A DNA stretch of 63,440 nt, the filler included, from Vannella sp. (taxonomy: Eukaryota), in assembly GCA_023345925.1 (NCBI GenBank). It is 7 parts of 7 records of this genome, joined end to end, with 100 filler letters (N's around TTAATTAATTAA, not from the genome) between each part and the next. Parts side by side here need not be neighbours in the genome. Positions count along the whole stretch, not along the records: positions 27,268 to 38,322 come from JAJQQN010001277.1; positions 38,423 to 43,191 come from JAJQQN010001144.1; positions 43,292 to 54,806 come from JAJQQN010000785.1; 4 more parts are not named here. One strand, written 5' to 3'. Of the stretch, positions 34,703-46,327 are shown one piece after another. The number at the start of each line of letters is the position of its first letter. The first letter of the stretch is position 1. The position numbers were made by a program, and so were the translations under genes. Below the pieces are notes generated by a model, which ran no database searches, was not told where the DNA came from, and was given only the letters and a program-made list of their open reading frames with translations.

Positions 34703-37700
34703 TTAAAAGCCAATAGAAGTTGGCGGAACTGTTTGTACTGTGGCTTTGACAGAGAACTCTGAGCCTGTTCGAAAGGGTGAGAAAGAAGAGGACATTGGCG
34801 AAGAGGCTCTCACCTTTTCCATGTATTCCTTAGCGATGGCCTGTTCGTCAGTTTCTGTGTTCGATAAAGAGTCCTCGTTGGAAGGTTCTTCAGTTGCCGA
34901 AACCTCTTCCACTGGAGCAGTCTGGAGGACCTGTGCTTCTCCGAGTAGAGAATCTGAACAATTTTCAACAGGGACACTCTGTCCAGCAATCACAAGCTCC
35001 CGGTCAGTCGATTCCTCTTCTTGAGATTCTCCATTGAAATTGGAGTCTCCCTCAGCTTCCCGTTTGAGCTCCTGTGATCCGTCAAGGTCCTCGCTTTTCT
35101 CTGATATTGGAAGAGGCTGGATTTCTGCTGATGGGAACTCACTGCTGGGATCTTGACTTGAAGTCTCCCCAGCTTCAGAACCAACCGAGCGCCCTAAAGC
35201 GCTGGGAACTCCCTTTGCTCGCTTCTCTTTCCCGCGAGACTCTGCGCCAGGTTTCTTCTTCTTCTTTTTCTTTTCTTTCTTTTCTGCGGCAGCGTCCCGA
35301 CCAATAGCCTTCATCAAAGCGGTCACATAGCTGCTGACATGCTCAGGTGCGCTGGCACCAAAAGCAAGGCACAGCATTGCAGCTTGAGAGTGTCCATGCG
35401 AAGCAGCCACTTGCAAAGGAGTCACTCCATCCTCATTCTCTGGGTCCAAAGAAGCTCCATAAAGCATGAGCCGTGTCATACACTCCACGTGACCAGCAGC
35501 AGCAGCTTCGTGCATTGGGGTCGAGCCTCGTTGGTCAGGAGTATTCGGAAGTGCTCCAGATTCCAAGAGGAGTTCCAAAGCATCAATACGATTGGAGCCA
35601 GCAGCATCCAGTAGCGGTGTGACTCCCGACGTAGTCTGATGGTTTGGATTGGCTCCAGCCGTCAATAAGATCTCCACCACTTCAGAGTGTCCAGAACTAA
35701 CAGCGCGCAACAAAGGGGTCGATTTCCAGCGGTCCTCGTAGTCCACTTGAGCTCCACAATCTAAAAGGAGCTTCACAATTGGCTTGTCTCCGTGCGCAGC
35801 GGCGACAAAGAGTGGAGTGACTCCAGCCACAGCTTCATTACAGTCAGCACCCTTCTCTAACAAGAGAGCAGTAATGTCCAAGCTCCCGACATCCACTGCG
35901 ATACTAAGAGGTGACTCCTTGGCGAGATTACGAATCTGAATGTCTGCAGCATTGTCAATTAAGATTGAAACGCAATGGAACGCATCTGCTCGGATCGCAG
36001 TGAGTAGAGGACTGTTCCCTGACTCTTCAATGGCCTCAATATTCGCCTTGTTTGCAATCAACAAGCGCAGGACCTCCGGATTCTCTCTTCGGCATGCTTC
36101 ATGCACAGCCGTTAGATTCTGGTGCACTCTCAGGTTAACACTAGCACCTGCCCCTAAGAGCTTCTCAACACACTTAACGCTCCCGCTGTGAGCGGCCAAA
36201 AAGAGTGGAGTGAGATCATCCTGGGCTTTGCAGTTGATGTCAGCGCCAGGCGCTTTCAAAAGGAGATCTAAACACTCCGGCTGGTTATGAAAGCAAGCAG
36301 CGTGGAGTGGCGTGAACTGGCTCTGGTCCTTTGCCAAAACGCATCCGCGCTGGAGAAGCTCTTCCACTGTTTCAGAGCGGCCTGAACTGGCTGCATAGTG
36401 AAGAGGAGTCTTTTCAAAGTGATCTCGGTCGTTAATGTCACTTTTCAAGTCTGCCAGAATCCTGAGGACGTCGCAAGAGCCCGAAGAGGCGGCATAATGA
36501 AGAGGAGACCTCTGCAAGTCATCTCTGAGGATTGCTGGCCCCTCTGACAAGCCAAGCAAGTAGCTCAAAGTTTCCTTCTGGTTAAAAGAAGCTGCCACGT
36601 GAAGTAGGGACACCCTGCAGCCGGCAATCTCGGAAGGATTGTAGGTCGCGACCAATGCCTGTTTGTCACCATTAAGAGCAGCCAAGTGGTAGTTAGTCCA
36701 CTGGGTAGAGTTCTTCTTAATCTCTTCTGTGATGAGAGCACAAGCGCTGTCCTTGTGGCCCATGAAAACGGCAGCGTAAGTTGCACTTCGACCGTTGCAA
36801 TCCGACAGTGAAAGGTCCACCTTGGGCTGTTCCAGAAGCACTTTCAGGATCTCCATAGACCCTTGAGAGGTAGCGATATGGATAGGACTCGTCCCACTGG
36901 CGTCCTGGACGTTAACCGAGGCTCCTTGGCTAAGCAAGTCACGAACAGTTTGAAGGTCGCCGCGCCCTACGGCGGCATGGAGACTCGTACGAGAGTGTTC
37001 TCCATCATTGGACCAGTTCACGTTGACTCCAATCTGTATCAAAGCCTTGACAGCGCCAACGTTTCCCATGGAGACGGCGCGGTAAAGTTCCTTGGCCTTT
37101 TGCTCCTCATTGGCGTTCATTTGGTCGTCTTCTAAGGGCTGAACATCCTCGTCACTGTCTTCATCGTCGTTGTCGAAGTTAGAGAGCCCACGCAGCCCCA
37201 GTTCGCTCGGGAGGCGGACGACAGTGGCCCTTCTCCCTGGCATCATGGTGGCGCGGCGACTGTCAGCTCTGAGTATGTCCCTGGAAGCATTCTTAGTGGA
37301 GGTGGGGTTCTCAAGGTCAACAGAGTCCTTCTTGGGGAGAGCTGCTTGGTGAGGAACTTCCTTTGCGTTGTGAGCGAGAGCTCTGGTGCCTACACCAGCA
37401 TTGCGGTACTCCTCAAGTGTAGAAGTAATAGCAGCAATCCATTCGTGCATCTGCTCGTCTACAAAAGGGGTGAGAACGGCAAAGGAAGGGCGGAAGTTCG
37501 CTCACCATCCGTAGCAGCGATAAGGAAGGCACCACCAGACCTCCCATCACTCACGTTGATGCGAAAGTGACTCCTCTTTGCTACCTTCTTGTCCCAGTCC
37601 GGTGCAGGCGAAGCCGAGCTGACAATGGAGAAAGTGATGCGACCAACAGGCTCCTTCAAAGGATCCTTGTGGTAAGCGATGTGATTGTTCCTCAACACAA

Positions 37701-37836
37701 ACCAGCGCTTCCGCCACGTCTTATACTGGCCCCCTTGCTTCGTCAACCATCCCTCTTTCACCACAAACTGGCTCGCAGTCGGCGGAGTCGCCACTCCCTC
37801 CTCTTTGGGGAGGTTCACAGACGCTCGGGATGCCAT
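34703..37836 (-). CDS. PH domain + long ankyrin-repeat protein with acidic tail
   Basis: KEGWLTKQGGQYKTWRKRWFVL; intron 37459-37505 restores DEQMHEW; many TPLH/TPLF ankyrin repeats. Confidence 0.88.
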
Positions 37837-37861
37837 CAAACTGATCCTTTCTTCCGCTATT

Positions 37862-37998
37862 TTGATCGGGAGCTAAACCAATGAACTTTTTATGTGTTTT
37901 GGTTGAGGTGCTTTTTGGGCTCATTTCTATTTCATCCCTCCAAACAAGGAAAAGCAGCCCTCTTTAAAACATATAAAATCATCATTTGTATCGGTGCC
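37862..37998 (-). repeat. Diverged copy of the internal segment of the MITE-like element
   Basis: Colinear with the reverse complement of 41393-41528 (GATCGGGA..ACCAATG.ACTTTTTATG..GGCTCATTT..CATCCCTCCAAAC..ATCATTTG.ATCGGTGCC). Confidence 0.8.
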
Positions 37999-38322
37999 GT
38001 GAAATATCTCGGGAGGGACATTTTTTTCCAGTTCGATTCTGGGTCACTCAAAAAGTGGGAAAATAAAATCAGCCCAAAAGCTTATCCTGAAGAGATGGAG
38101 GTCATCGGGATAACCTTCGCAAACACAAGTTTTAGGACCCTCTTCCCCTTGGCTCCCCAAAGTGTCTGGGCTTCCCTCACAACATCTTATGCTCATCTCC
38201 TTATGAGGAATCTAGAAGGGACGAAGGCATCCAGGAACTGTGATGGAAGTTGGTTCCAACAGTGGATTCCAGGCTCGTTCTCACCCCATCATGCGAAGCT
38301 CAGTGATGATGTGCTCTGGCTT

Positions 38323-38422
38323 NNNNNNNNNNNNNNNNNNNNNNNNNNNNNNNNNNNNNNNNNNNNTTAATTAATTAANNNNNNNNNNNNNNNNNNNNNN
38401 NNNNNNNNNNNNNNNNNNNNNN
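38323..38422. other. Artificial contig spacer
   Basis: N44-TTAATTAATTAA-N44. Confidence 0.99.
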
Positions 38423-39166
38423 TGTGATGCCTCGGCGATGCATGAAGTTCTGGATGACGCCACGTGAGGCGCCAGTCAGGTGCTCCTCTTGGAAGACAAA
38501 GAAAGAGAATGGCTTCTCAGGCTTACAAATGACGCTCCACTCTCTGGCAGAGACCTGGGACTCACGGATGAGGTCGGAAGAGCGCAAAGACCTGCTCTTA
38601 TCGAAGAAGTAGCTGATCTCAAGCTCATAGCTATCGATAACGCTTGGTTCAGCCAAAGGATGGGCTGGGGCTTTGTAGATCAGGCTTGCTTCGGTAGCTT
38701 TGTGAAGGAAAGAGCGCCGTTTGAAGTAGATGGCCAGGCAAGAGGCGGCCCAACCAACGATGATGCATATAACCCATCTCTGCAGCGTGTCCTGCACGAC
38801 TATGTCATTTGCAAGCTCGGAATCGGGATCAGGAACGGGTATGAAGCGATCGATGTACGATTGGGGAATGGGAAAGAGCTCTTGTAAAGGAGTGACGATG
38901 TAGGCCACTGCAAGAGAGGTAATGGCCACTTGGACCTTCAGAAGTCTGTACACAAGACGGTCTAAGCGGTGATGGGGCTTCGAATACAACAGAACCCTCT
39001 CTGGAAGCGGAGCACTTTCCGCCCGCCGCTCCTTTGTCGCCCTCATCCTTCTCTCCTTACTCAACAGCTTCCCCTGGTTCTGCACCTCCTTTGCCTGTGC
39101 AGCAAACCGCCTTCCAGCCAAGCCAAACGGGGTTCGGATCGACCCCACCAACACCCCTCGCCACAT
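38423..39166 (-). CDS. Probable mitochondrial 2-TM membrane protein (TMEM223/TMEM70-like), 3' end at the contig edge
   Basis: Arg-rich presequence MWRGVLVGSIRTPFGLAGRRF, VLLYS followed by two hydrophobic segments. Confidence 0.5.
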
Positions 39167-39380
39167 CCAATAAAATGGCCAATGAACCTTTTGGTCAGCA
39201 GTTGGAGTTACAGCTGGCACTCCAGTAGACTCCGTGGCCAGGGGCTCACAATGAACGAACGAAAATCACCGTTAGATCAGTTAGAACAACACCCTGATCA
39301 GTGCATGTGAAGAGCCTCTGTTATCCCGAAGGATCAAAATCCTCACTTGAAAGACACAAAGAATCTCCTCTCTAGCCCCG

Positions 39381-41029
39381 ATGACCGAGCAACCAGCCTC
39401 CTGCAAGCGTCACCGAGAGAAAACCACTTCTCCACTAATGACGAGCAAACCGTCACTTGGCATTGACAAGACAGGTTCCCGTCTTGTCCCATCCCTTGTC
39501 ATCTTCTTCTCGCCTCGGTTTGGTCCCCGCCGTCAGAAATAAATTATATTCCTTCCTTCTTCTTCTTCTAAGTGGTTGGTTAAAGGATACACAGCTCCAG
39601 TGACGAGTGAGTGACAGGCTGAGCCGATCTCGCGCTTACACATTTTCGTTCTTCCAGCAAATGAGGGCGTATCGAGGAGACGATTTCGGTGCAATCACAG
39701 AGGGCGATATCGTTCTCCAAGAGCAAGAAGCGAGAAGCCATCAACTCATCCAAGCGTTTTGCGAGACTTTACCGGAATTAGCCGTTCCTCCTCCTCCCTT
39801 TCAGCCCTCCGAGGATGAGCCTCAACGGCCTTTCAGCTCAGCGATTCGACAAGTAAGCATCAGCGGCTGTCGCTTCACCTCTGACTCACTCCATATCGAC
39901 AGTTTCGACAAGTTTTCGGGTCGCACCAAACTCTTCGCTTGGCGGAGCTTATGAGGAAGTTGGATGTCCAGAGTGACTACCTTCTATACAATGGACTCCA
40001 CGAAGCTGTTGCACTTCCGAGGACGGCTGAACTCTTTGATCCAGCACCGCTGTTCCTGGATCGAAGTCCGCTTCCCACTTGGGAGCAGTTACAGCCGCCT
40101 TCTTTGACAACTACGGAAGTGCTAACCGAAGGAGATGTCTCTCCAAGTCCTGTGCCGTTGCTGGTGCCCATAGTCAAGAGCTGGACGAAGAGAGAGAGGC
40201 CGTCGATTGGTTCTCGGATTCGCAACGAAGCCAATCGATGGAGTACTGTAAGCTTCTGATGTCCTTTACCAAACCACTTGACTCACCAATCAGTTATGTA
40301 TGTAGGAAGAGAGCACACTCCTCGTCACACTCGTCGAAACAGAGACAGGGAAACACCCCAAGTGGAAAGATCTAGCTGAAGCCGTCAATGCTCAATGTGG
40401 AGGTAGTAAGACCGGTCCTTCAGCAGGTGAGTCCCCCAAACGCGTCTTGTAGAGTCTAAAAAGGGCCCAGCACAGCACTACAACAGAGTGGCAGCGAAGA
40501 AAGAGTCCACGGACGAGTGGACCATCCGTAAGTTGCCTTCCTCACCACTCCAGTACCATCCTAATGTCCATACTACAGATGAAGAGGAGGTTCTGTTGGC
40601 TCACGTGGAGGATAGGGGATCGCGCTGCTGGAAGCAACTCAGTTTGCTTGTGAACAAGAACGGTGAGCTCTCTATCCTCTGTTTGGTTCTCTACATGCGT
40701 ACTAACAGCGGTTACTGAAAGAAACCCAGTGCAGCAGCTTCCACAGGAAGTTCTACCGTGGAAGAGGAAGTGCAACAGAACAGGAGGTAACGCGAGCACG
40801 TTGGCCAAGCACATTAGTGCTAACGAACGTGTAGATGTGGAACGCAGCACAAATAGACACGCTAAACGACTTTCCAAGCCATAGCTGGGAGGACATCAGC
40901 AAGCTCGTCAACCGGAGGAACAGTAGCGAATGGCGCCATTCGGCCCTCCAATGCAAGAACAAGTTCTTTTCCTTGAAGGGATTGCGCCCTGCAACTCTGC
41001 CAAAGTTAATTCAGTCCCCATCACTCTGA
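39381..41029 (+). CDS. Myb/SANT-like repeat protein (multi-exon; start uncertain)
   Basis: Trp-spaced repeats RWST...KWKDLAEAV, DEEEVLLAHVEDRGSRCWKQLS, WNAAQ...SWEDISKLV...ALQCKNKF; several GT-AG introns. Confidence 0.65.
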
Positions 41030-41334
41030 GAGACCTCGATAAAGCAAAGTAGAGTCTCTTTGGTCCACCATCCTTGCCAGAAGCTCATCCATGAGGGGAA
41101 CTTCCCGAAGGTGCGAGGAAGGGGCATTGGTTTCATGAAGCAGGGAGAGATAGAACAGCAGTTGCTGTGGTGCTCCCTGTTGTAGCAAGGGGAAGACACG
41201 ACAAGAGGCTGAACTCGACATCTCCTTTCCTCTTTCTCCATGTGAGTACTGAGTGATTGCACTTTTCTGAACGAAGAGGTCCTCCCTCTGGCCTTTGTAG
41301 AGCGTTTCCTGACAAAATGCCTTCCACTCGCAAG

Positions 41335-41587
41335 GAGAGAGTTCACGGCCCCTGTGGGGTGGCCTCCGTTGAAAGTGCTTCTACATTCGACTGGCACCGA
41401 TCCAAATGATGTATTTGTATGTTTTTAAGAGGGTTACTTTTCCCTCGTTTGGAGGGATGGTCAAATAAATGAGCCTCAAAAGAACCCCAACTAAACCCAT
41501 AAAAAGTCCATTGGTAAAGGTCCCGATCGAATTTAGAGGCACTTTTCAACCAGGGCCAGCGGGTTTAGTGGCGCCGTGGACTCTCTC
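41335..41587. mobile_element. MITE-like non-autonomous element with imperfect ~55-bp terminal inverted repeats
   Basis: Left end GAGAGAGTTCACGGC...GTTGAAAGTGCTTCTACATTCGA vs reverse-complemented right end GAGAGAGTCCACGGC...GTTGAAAAGTGCCTCTAAATTCGA; AAG on both flanks; AT-rich interior; related sequence at 15375 and 37862. Confidence 0.72.
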
Positions 41588-41691
41588 AAGCCTTCTCCCA
41601 GTCAGTCGAATGAAAGAAAGAATGAAGGCATTTATACAGATGAATAATAGTATGGATATATGTGTGCATAGACTTAGTGAGAGTCGGTATT

Positions 41692-42183
41692 CTACAGAAT
41701 GCTGCGGAAGAGACCTTTTTGAAGAGCACGAGAAGCATTTCTTGATTTGTTCTGCTTGGCCACTTGAAGAGGTGTCAGGCCTTCGTCATTTGTGATGCTT
41801 TGTGATAAGAGTCCGCCGTACTTCATCAGAAGGAGGATGACCTTGCCGTGGTTGTACTCGGCTGCCCAGTGCATGGGTGTGTTTCCCTCAGAGTCCAGTG
41901 CATTGGGAGATGCCTTGCTATGGAGAAGGAGGTTGATGATGTGGGTGTTGCCTTCTTTGCATGCCCAATGGAGGGCTGACTCGCGGTAAACGTTGACAGC
42001 GTTCACATTGGCGCCGCACGCCACAAGGTGCCTCACAGTGTGCTCGTTGCCGCCCACTACGGCATAATGTAAGGGCGTGGAGCGCATGCATGAGACCAGA
42101 TTGAGGTCGGCGGGTGAGCAATGATCGAGAGAGTCCTTTCGGTAAAGACCGCAGGCGGCAAGTCGGAAGATAGTGATGTTCAT
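41692..42183 (-). CDS. Small ankyrin-repeat protein
   Basis: TPLHYA, SALHWA, TPMHWA, TPLQVA. Confidence 0.85.
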   Translation of the reverse strand: MNITIFRLAACGLYRKDSLDHCSPADLNLVSCMRSTPLHYAVVGGNEHTVRHLVACGANVNAVNVYRESALHWACKEGNTHIINLLLHSKASPNALDSEGNTPMHWAAEYNHGKVILLLMKYGGLLSQSITNDEGLTPLQVAKQNKSRNASRALQKGLFRSIL

Positions 42184-43038
42184 GGACAGGGGAGAGGATA
42201 GAATGATGGGCTGAGACTATCAAGGTGCGGAGGCCGGCAGCTCCCAAGGCGGAGAGTCGGCCAATTGAAGCAAAACATAGTCCCCAAAGTGGAAACTCCG
42301 GCGGAGCTTCTCCTGAAACGAATCTCGGCATCGGCATTCTAGAAGGTCGGCCGTAGAAAGATCGGGCTCCCGATTCGGCCGTAAGGTTCCGAGAAGGCTT
42401 TGTGGGGCGCAAAGCATGAACAACAGCACTCAGAAGTTGGCTTACACTACTCACACTGACATCGTGAGAATCCATGAGCCTGGGCGACGGATAGCGCATT
42501 GGACGCAGAAAGTTGGTCCTGGTTGTGGGGTCTCCATGAAATAGCAGCTTGGGGACTGGGTGCTTCACCACGACGGATGGTGGCAAAGAAAGAGTCCAAG
42601 GAACCTGTTGTCTTTCAAGCTTGATAGCTGGGAGCTTCTTCATCCTGAATGGGAGCTTCTTCATCTTATAGCGCTCAGGACTGCGCGTGAGGGGTTTCCA
42701 GGCTCCCAACGTTGCATGCACATCGCTTTACCCGCCTCGTGATCTCCAATCGAGATCCCGTAGCACCGCTGAGGGACTGATTCAAGAGTTACCCCTCCTC
42801 CTAGTCCTCGAGTGAGTGTTCTTCTCGCACAGGCGAGCGAAGTGTCGCCGTTTGCCGGTGACTTTAAGCTTGCCCTAGTCTTAGCTTCCAGAGGTGGCCA
42901 GAGGAGGCAGAATGAGCTTTAAGAGCGCCAAACCCGACGCCACAGGAGGACGAGAGAAAATGATTGCCACCTCTGGCCTTCTCCTCTTGTGGAAGTGGAG
43001 AGAAACGATTTCCCTGGTGTTATCAATCATTCAGGTGG

Positions 43039-43191
43039 ATGGAAGAGAGGGCAGAGGCGGATGCGATGGTGGAGGAGGAAGAGGAGGGATCTCCCAGCTT
43101 GGGGTGGGAGGAGGAGGATCGGTTCCTTTCGAAACGCAGGTTGAGATTGATTGTGATGTTGGGAGTGCTGTTGATTGGGGTGCTGGGGTTG
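43039..43191 (+). CDS. Possible N-terminus of a type II membrane protein, cut by the contig edge
   Basis: Acidic N-terminus, KRRLR then LIVMLGVLLIGVLGL. Confidence 0.35.
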
Positions 43192-43291
43192 NNNNNNNNN
43201 NNNNNNNNNNNNNNNNNNNNNNNNNNNNNNNNNNNTTAATTAATTAANNNNNNNNNNNNNNNNNNNNNNNNNNNNNNNNNNNNNNNNNNNN
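43192..43291. other. Artificial contig spacer
   Basis: N44-TTAATTAATTAA-N44. Confidence 0.99.
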
Positions 43292-44999
43292 AGACACGTG
43301 ATCTGGGATCCTTCCAAGAGTATCCAGTAAAGTGTCGGAAGCCAACTCGGTGGCTCAGTTCGTCGCCTTCTTGGGGTCCGCGAGATCCGTATTCGTAGGG
43401 AATGGGTTGAATCTGACTCTCTTCAATCTGGTGCAGAACGGGAGTGAAGATCTTCCAAGCTTGGTCCAATTCATCGGAACGGACAAACTGAGATTGGTCA
43501 CCTTTCAACACATCGAACAGGAGCCGTTCGTAAGCCTCTGGCATTCGCCCATTGACGAACCGAGAAGGATAATGCAAGTCTAACTCCGTCTGTTGAGTGC
43601 CAAAGGCCATCCCAGGAGGTTTCACTTGAATCTTCATGTAAGCTGCCTCTTCCGGTTGGATTCGGATGACCAATTCGTTTCGTGCCGCGTCTTGAAAGAG
43701 TTGCCCTGGTACTTCATTGAATTGGAGCCGAATCTCCGCCTTTCTTTCATTGAGAGCTGCGCCATTGTATCAGGAATGTCTCGCACTTTCGTTTCTGTGA
43801 GAACTCTCACCCTTGCCACACTTCAAGATGAAAGGGACACCAGCCCAACGCTCATTTTCGATGTAAAGAACGGCTGCGGCGTACTAAAGAAGGTGAGATT
43901 CCGTTTCCCAACTACCTTGTGGATCTTACAGTGGCACAACGAGAGTCTTTGGGGACTCCTTCATCATCAGTGTAAGCAGCATACTTCCCTTCTTTGTCAG
44001 AAATGTACTGGCCGAGTACAATGTCCTCCAGCTGAATGTTTGGAATGGCCTTCAGAACCTTCACCTTCTCATCTCGAATGTCATTGGCACTTAGACTGCA
44101 AGGTCGCTCCATGGCAACAAGGCTTAGTACTTGAAGCAAGTGGTTCTGCATGACATCGCGGATGATGCCAACATCGTTAAAGTAACCTCCTCGACCCTCC
44201 GTCCCAAAGTCCTCCTTGAAAGTGATGGTCACGTTGTTGATGACCTGACGAGACCAAAGTGGCTGAAAAGCAAGGTTAGAGAACCGTAGGACCAGCAAGT
44301 TCTGGACCATCTCCTTGCCCAAGTAATGGTCAATGCGGTACTGCTCCTCCTCGGGAAGATACTGTGCCAGCCCCCGCACCAGCTCGCGAGAGCTCTCGAG
44401 ATCCTGGCCGAAAGGCTTCTCAACAACCACACGGTTCCAGCCACTCTCAGACCGGCAAATGGGGTAGAACGAGGAAACGGCGGGGACGAACACGGAAGGG
44501 GGAAGGGCCAGGTAGAACAGGCGGTTGCTAGTCTTCCCTTCTATGCGTTTCATATGCTCTAGAAGTGCATAGAAGCCTACCTTTTCGTCGTAGGGGCCAG
44601 CCACGTACGAGCAGCGAGCAAAGAAGCTCTTCAACTTCTCCTCGTTGCTATCAATCTTAGCACAAGCGCCCTTGATGTTGTTGATCAACTGCTCCATAGT
44701 CAGGTTACTTCGTGCGTATCCTACGATCTTCGTGGTCGAGGGAAGCAGCTCGGTGCAGTGAAGGCCGTACAACGCGGGGAAAGTCTTCTTCTTTGCCAGG
44801 TCTCCCGACGCACCCAACACCTGAGACCACTCCTCTGTAAGCTACTTCATATCTTCCTTCTCAGGGTACTTACCACGACGGTCAAAGAGTCCTCTTCGAG
44901 CTGTTCAATCAAGTGGCCTTCGGTACTCAAGCAAAGGTCCCGCGCTGTGAACGACGGCTGTTGCTGGCTCTTCTTGGACACTTTGAGGCTCTTGTCCAT
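43292..44999 (-). CDS. G6PD: Glucose-6-phosphate 1-dehydrogenase
   Basis: [48 protein letters not shown]; spliced; last codon(s) at the contig edge. Confidence 0.96.
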
Positions 45000-45148
45000 G
45001 TCTACCTTCTCGCCACTGTCAGCCAATCCACCCTCGTCCACTCGCTGCCTTCCTCACAAGAACGCGAAAGAATGTCCTTTTTGCCCACTCAGGAGGCCCA
45101 TGCGAGGGGTATGGGGTTGTTCTTACCTCTTGTGAAGACCATTCGCTC

Positions 45149-46282
45149 ATGTCGGAGCAAGGGGAAGGGCTGGAGAGGCTTCTCTTTACATTCCTTTGGT
45201 CCGCTCTGGCCTCGCACAAGAGGGGGTCTCTGGTGCATCGTACAGACTGTCCTGATTCATTCATAGACGAGTCTACCCAGGAGGTTAACGTTGAGGCGAT
45301 GGTACGCGTGAAAGGGAGTGAAACTACTCTGTTTGTGACTCGACTGTCTTCTTTAGCTTCAGGAAGTGCGTGGCTTCCCCTCTTTGGAATCTAAACGACA
45401 GAATCTTCTTCCTGGGGAACTTCTGTCTCATTCAATACCGCAGTTAACGCTTCTAACTGCCAAACAAGTCGATCTCCTCTCATGGCTGACTGTTTGTCCT
45501 GACGAGAGTCGACTTCAGCCTTGTTCCTTTGAAGAGGTGAGTCCTAACATCATTGATCAGCGCAGATGGTACTCACACGCCTGTTGTACGCAGTTCGCAC
45601 GAGAATACCCTTCTCAATCTCTCATCCTCTCCCAATCTCACTCCAGACCCTCTCTGATACTCCGTATCGTTCATCAACGTGCAGACCTACGTAAGGAGAA
45701 GCTCTTTAGGTTCGTAGCAGCACGAAAGGACTCTCCCTTACCTCATCTAGTCGTTTTGGAGCTCTTTTAGGCTTTCACGGAACGGGAGTTGAGAACCTCC
45801 ACTCCATACTTCGTCACGGCTTCCAAGAGAAGTACATCAAAGTGGACCAGGGCCTCTTTGGCGACGGGATCTACTTGAGCACCGATCCTTCAGTTGCTAG
45901 GGGCTTTATACAGTACTGGCCAGTCCCTGAAGCTCTGAAAGACAAGCTTGGGCATCAATACGTGCTAAAGTACTTAGGAGAGCGACTAGGAGGGGTTATG
46001 GTGAGCGAAGTGGCGAAGGATCCATCTTTGGTTCGGTTTGCTGCGGATAATCGTTCGTCAAGCTATCTGGGGCTCTCTGGAGAAGGTTCTATAGCTAAGC
46101 ACTATGTACTAGCATCGTCTAATCAAGTAATCCGCCACAAATTCCTCTTCCTCTACGCGCAAGCGCCATCCCCTCGATCGCGCCTTCCGTGGCTCGTCCT
46201 GGCTTACATCCTTCTCCTCTGTCTCATCGTAGGAGCAAAGTCAAAGACCTTAAAGCGTACCTTTGCGTGGATAATCGACTAA
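45149..46282 (+). CDS. PARP16: PARP16-like tail-anchored mono-ADP-ribosyltransferase
   Basis: SALASHKRGS N-domain; spliced FHGTGVENLHSILRHG, LFGDGIYLSTD, HYVLASSNQVIRHKFLFLY (H-Y-Y triad); C-terminal TM. Confidence 0.85.
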
Positions 46283-46327
46283 AGAGCCTTCTGCATCTCA
46301 TTCCTTGTTGTCCTCGTCCAACGACCA

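Noticed and set aside
41551..41620. GGTTTAGTGG resembling a tRNA A-box (tRNA or SINE)
   Set aside because: No B-box or cloverleaf; it falls inside the right inverted repeat
41918..42721. 267-aa minus ORF with a 21-nt duplication (MKKLP twice)
   Set aside because: Overlaps the ankyrin gene out of frame and has no recognisable domain
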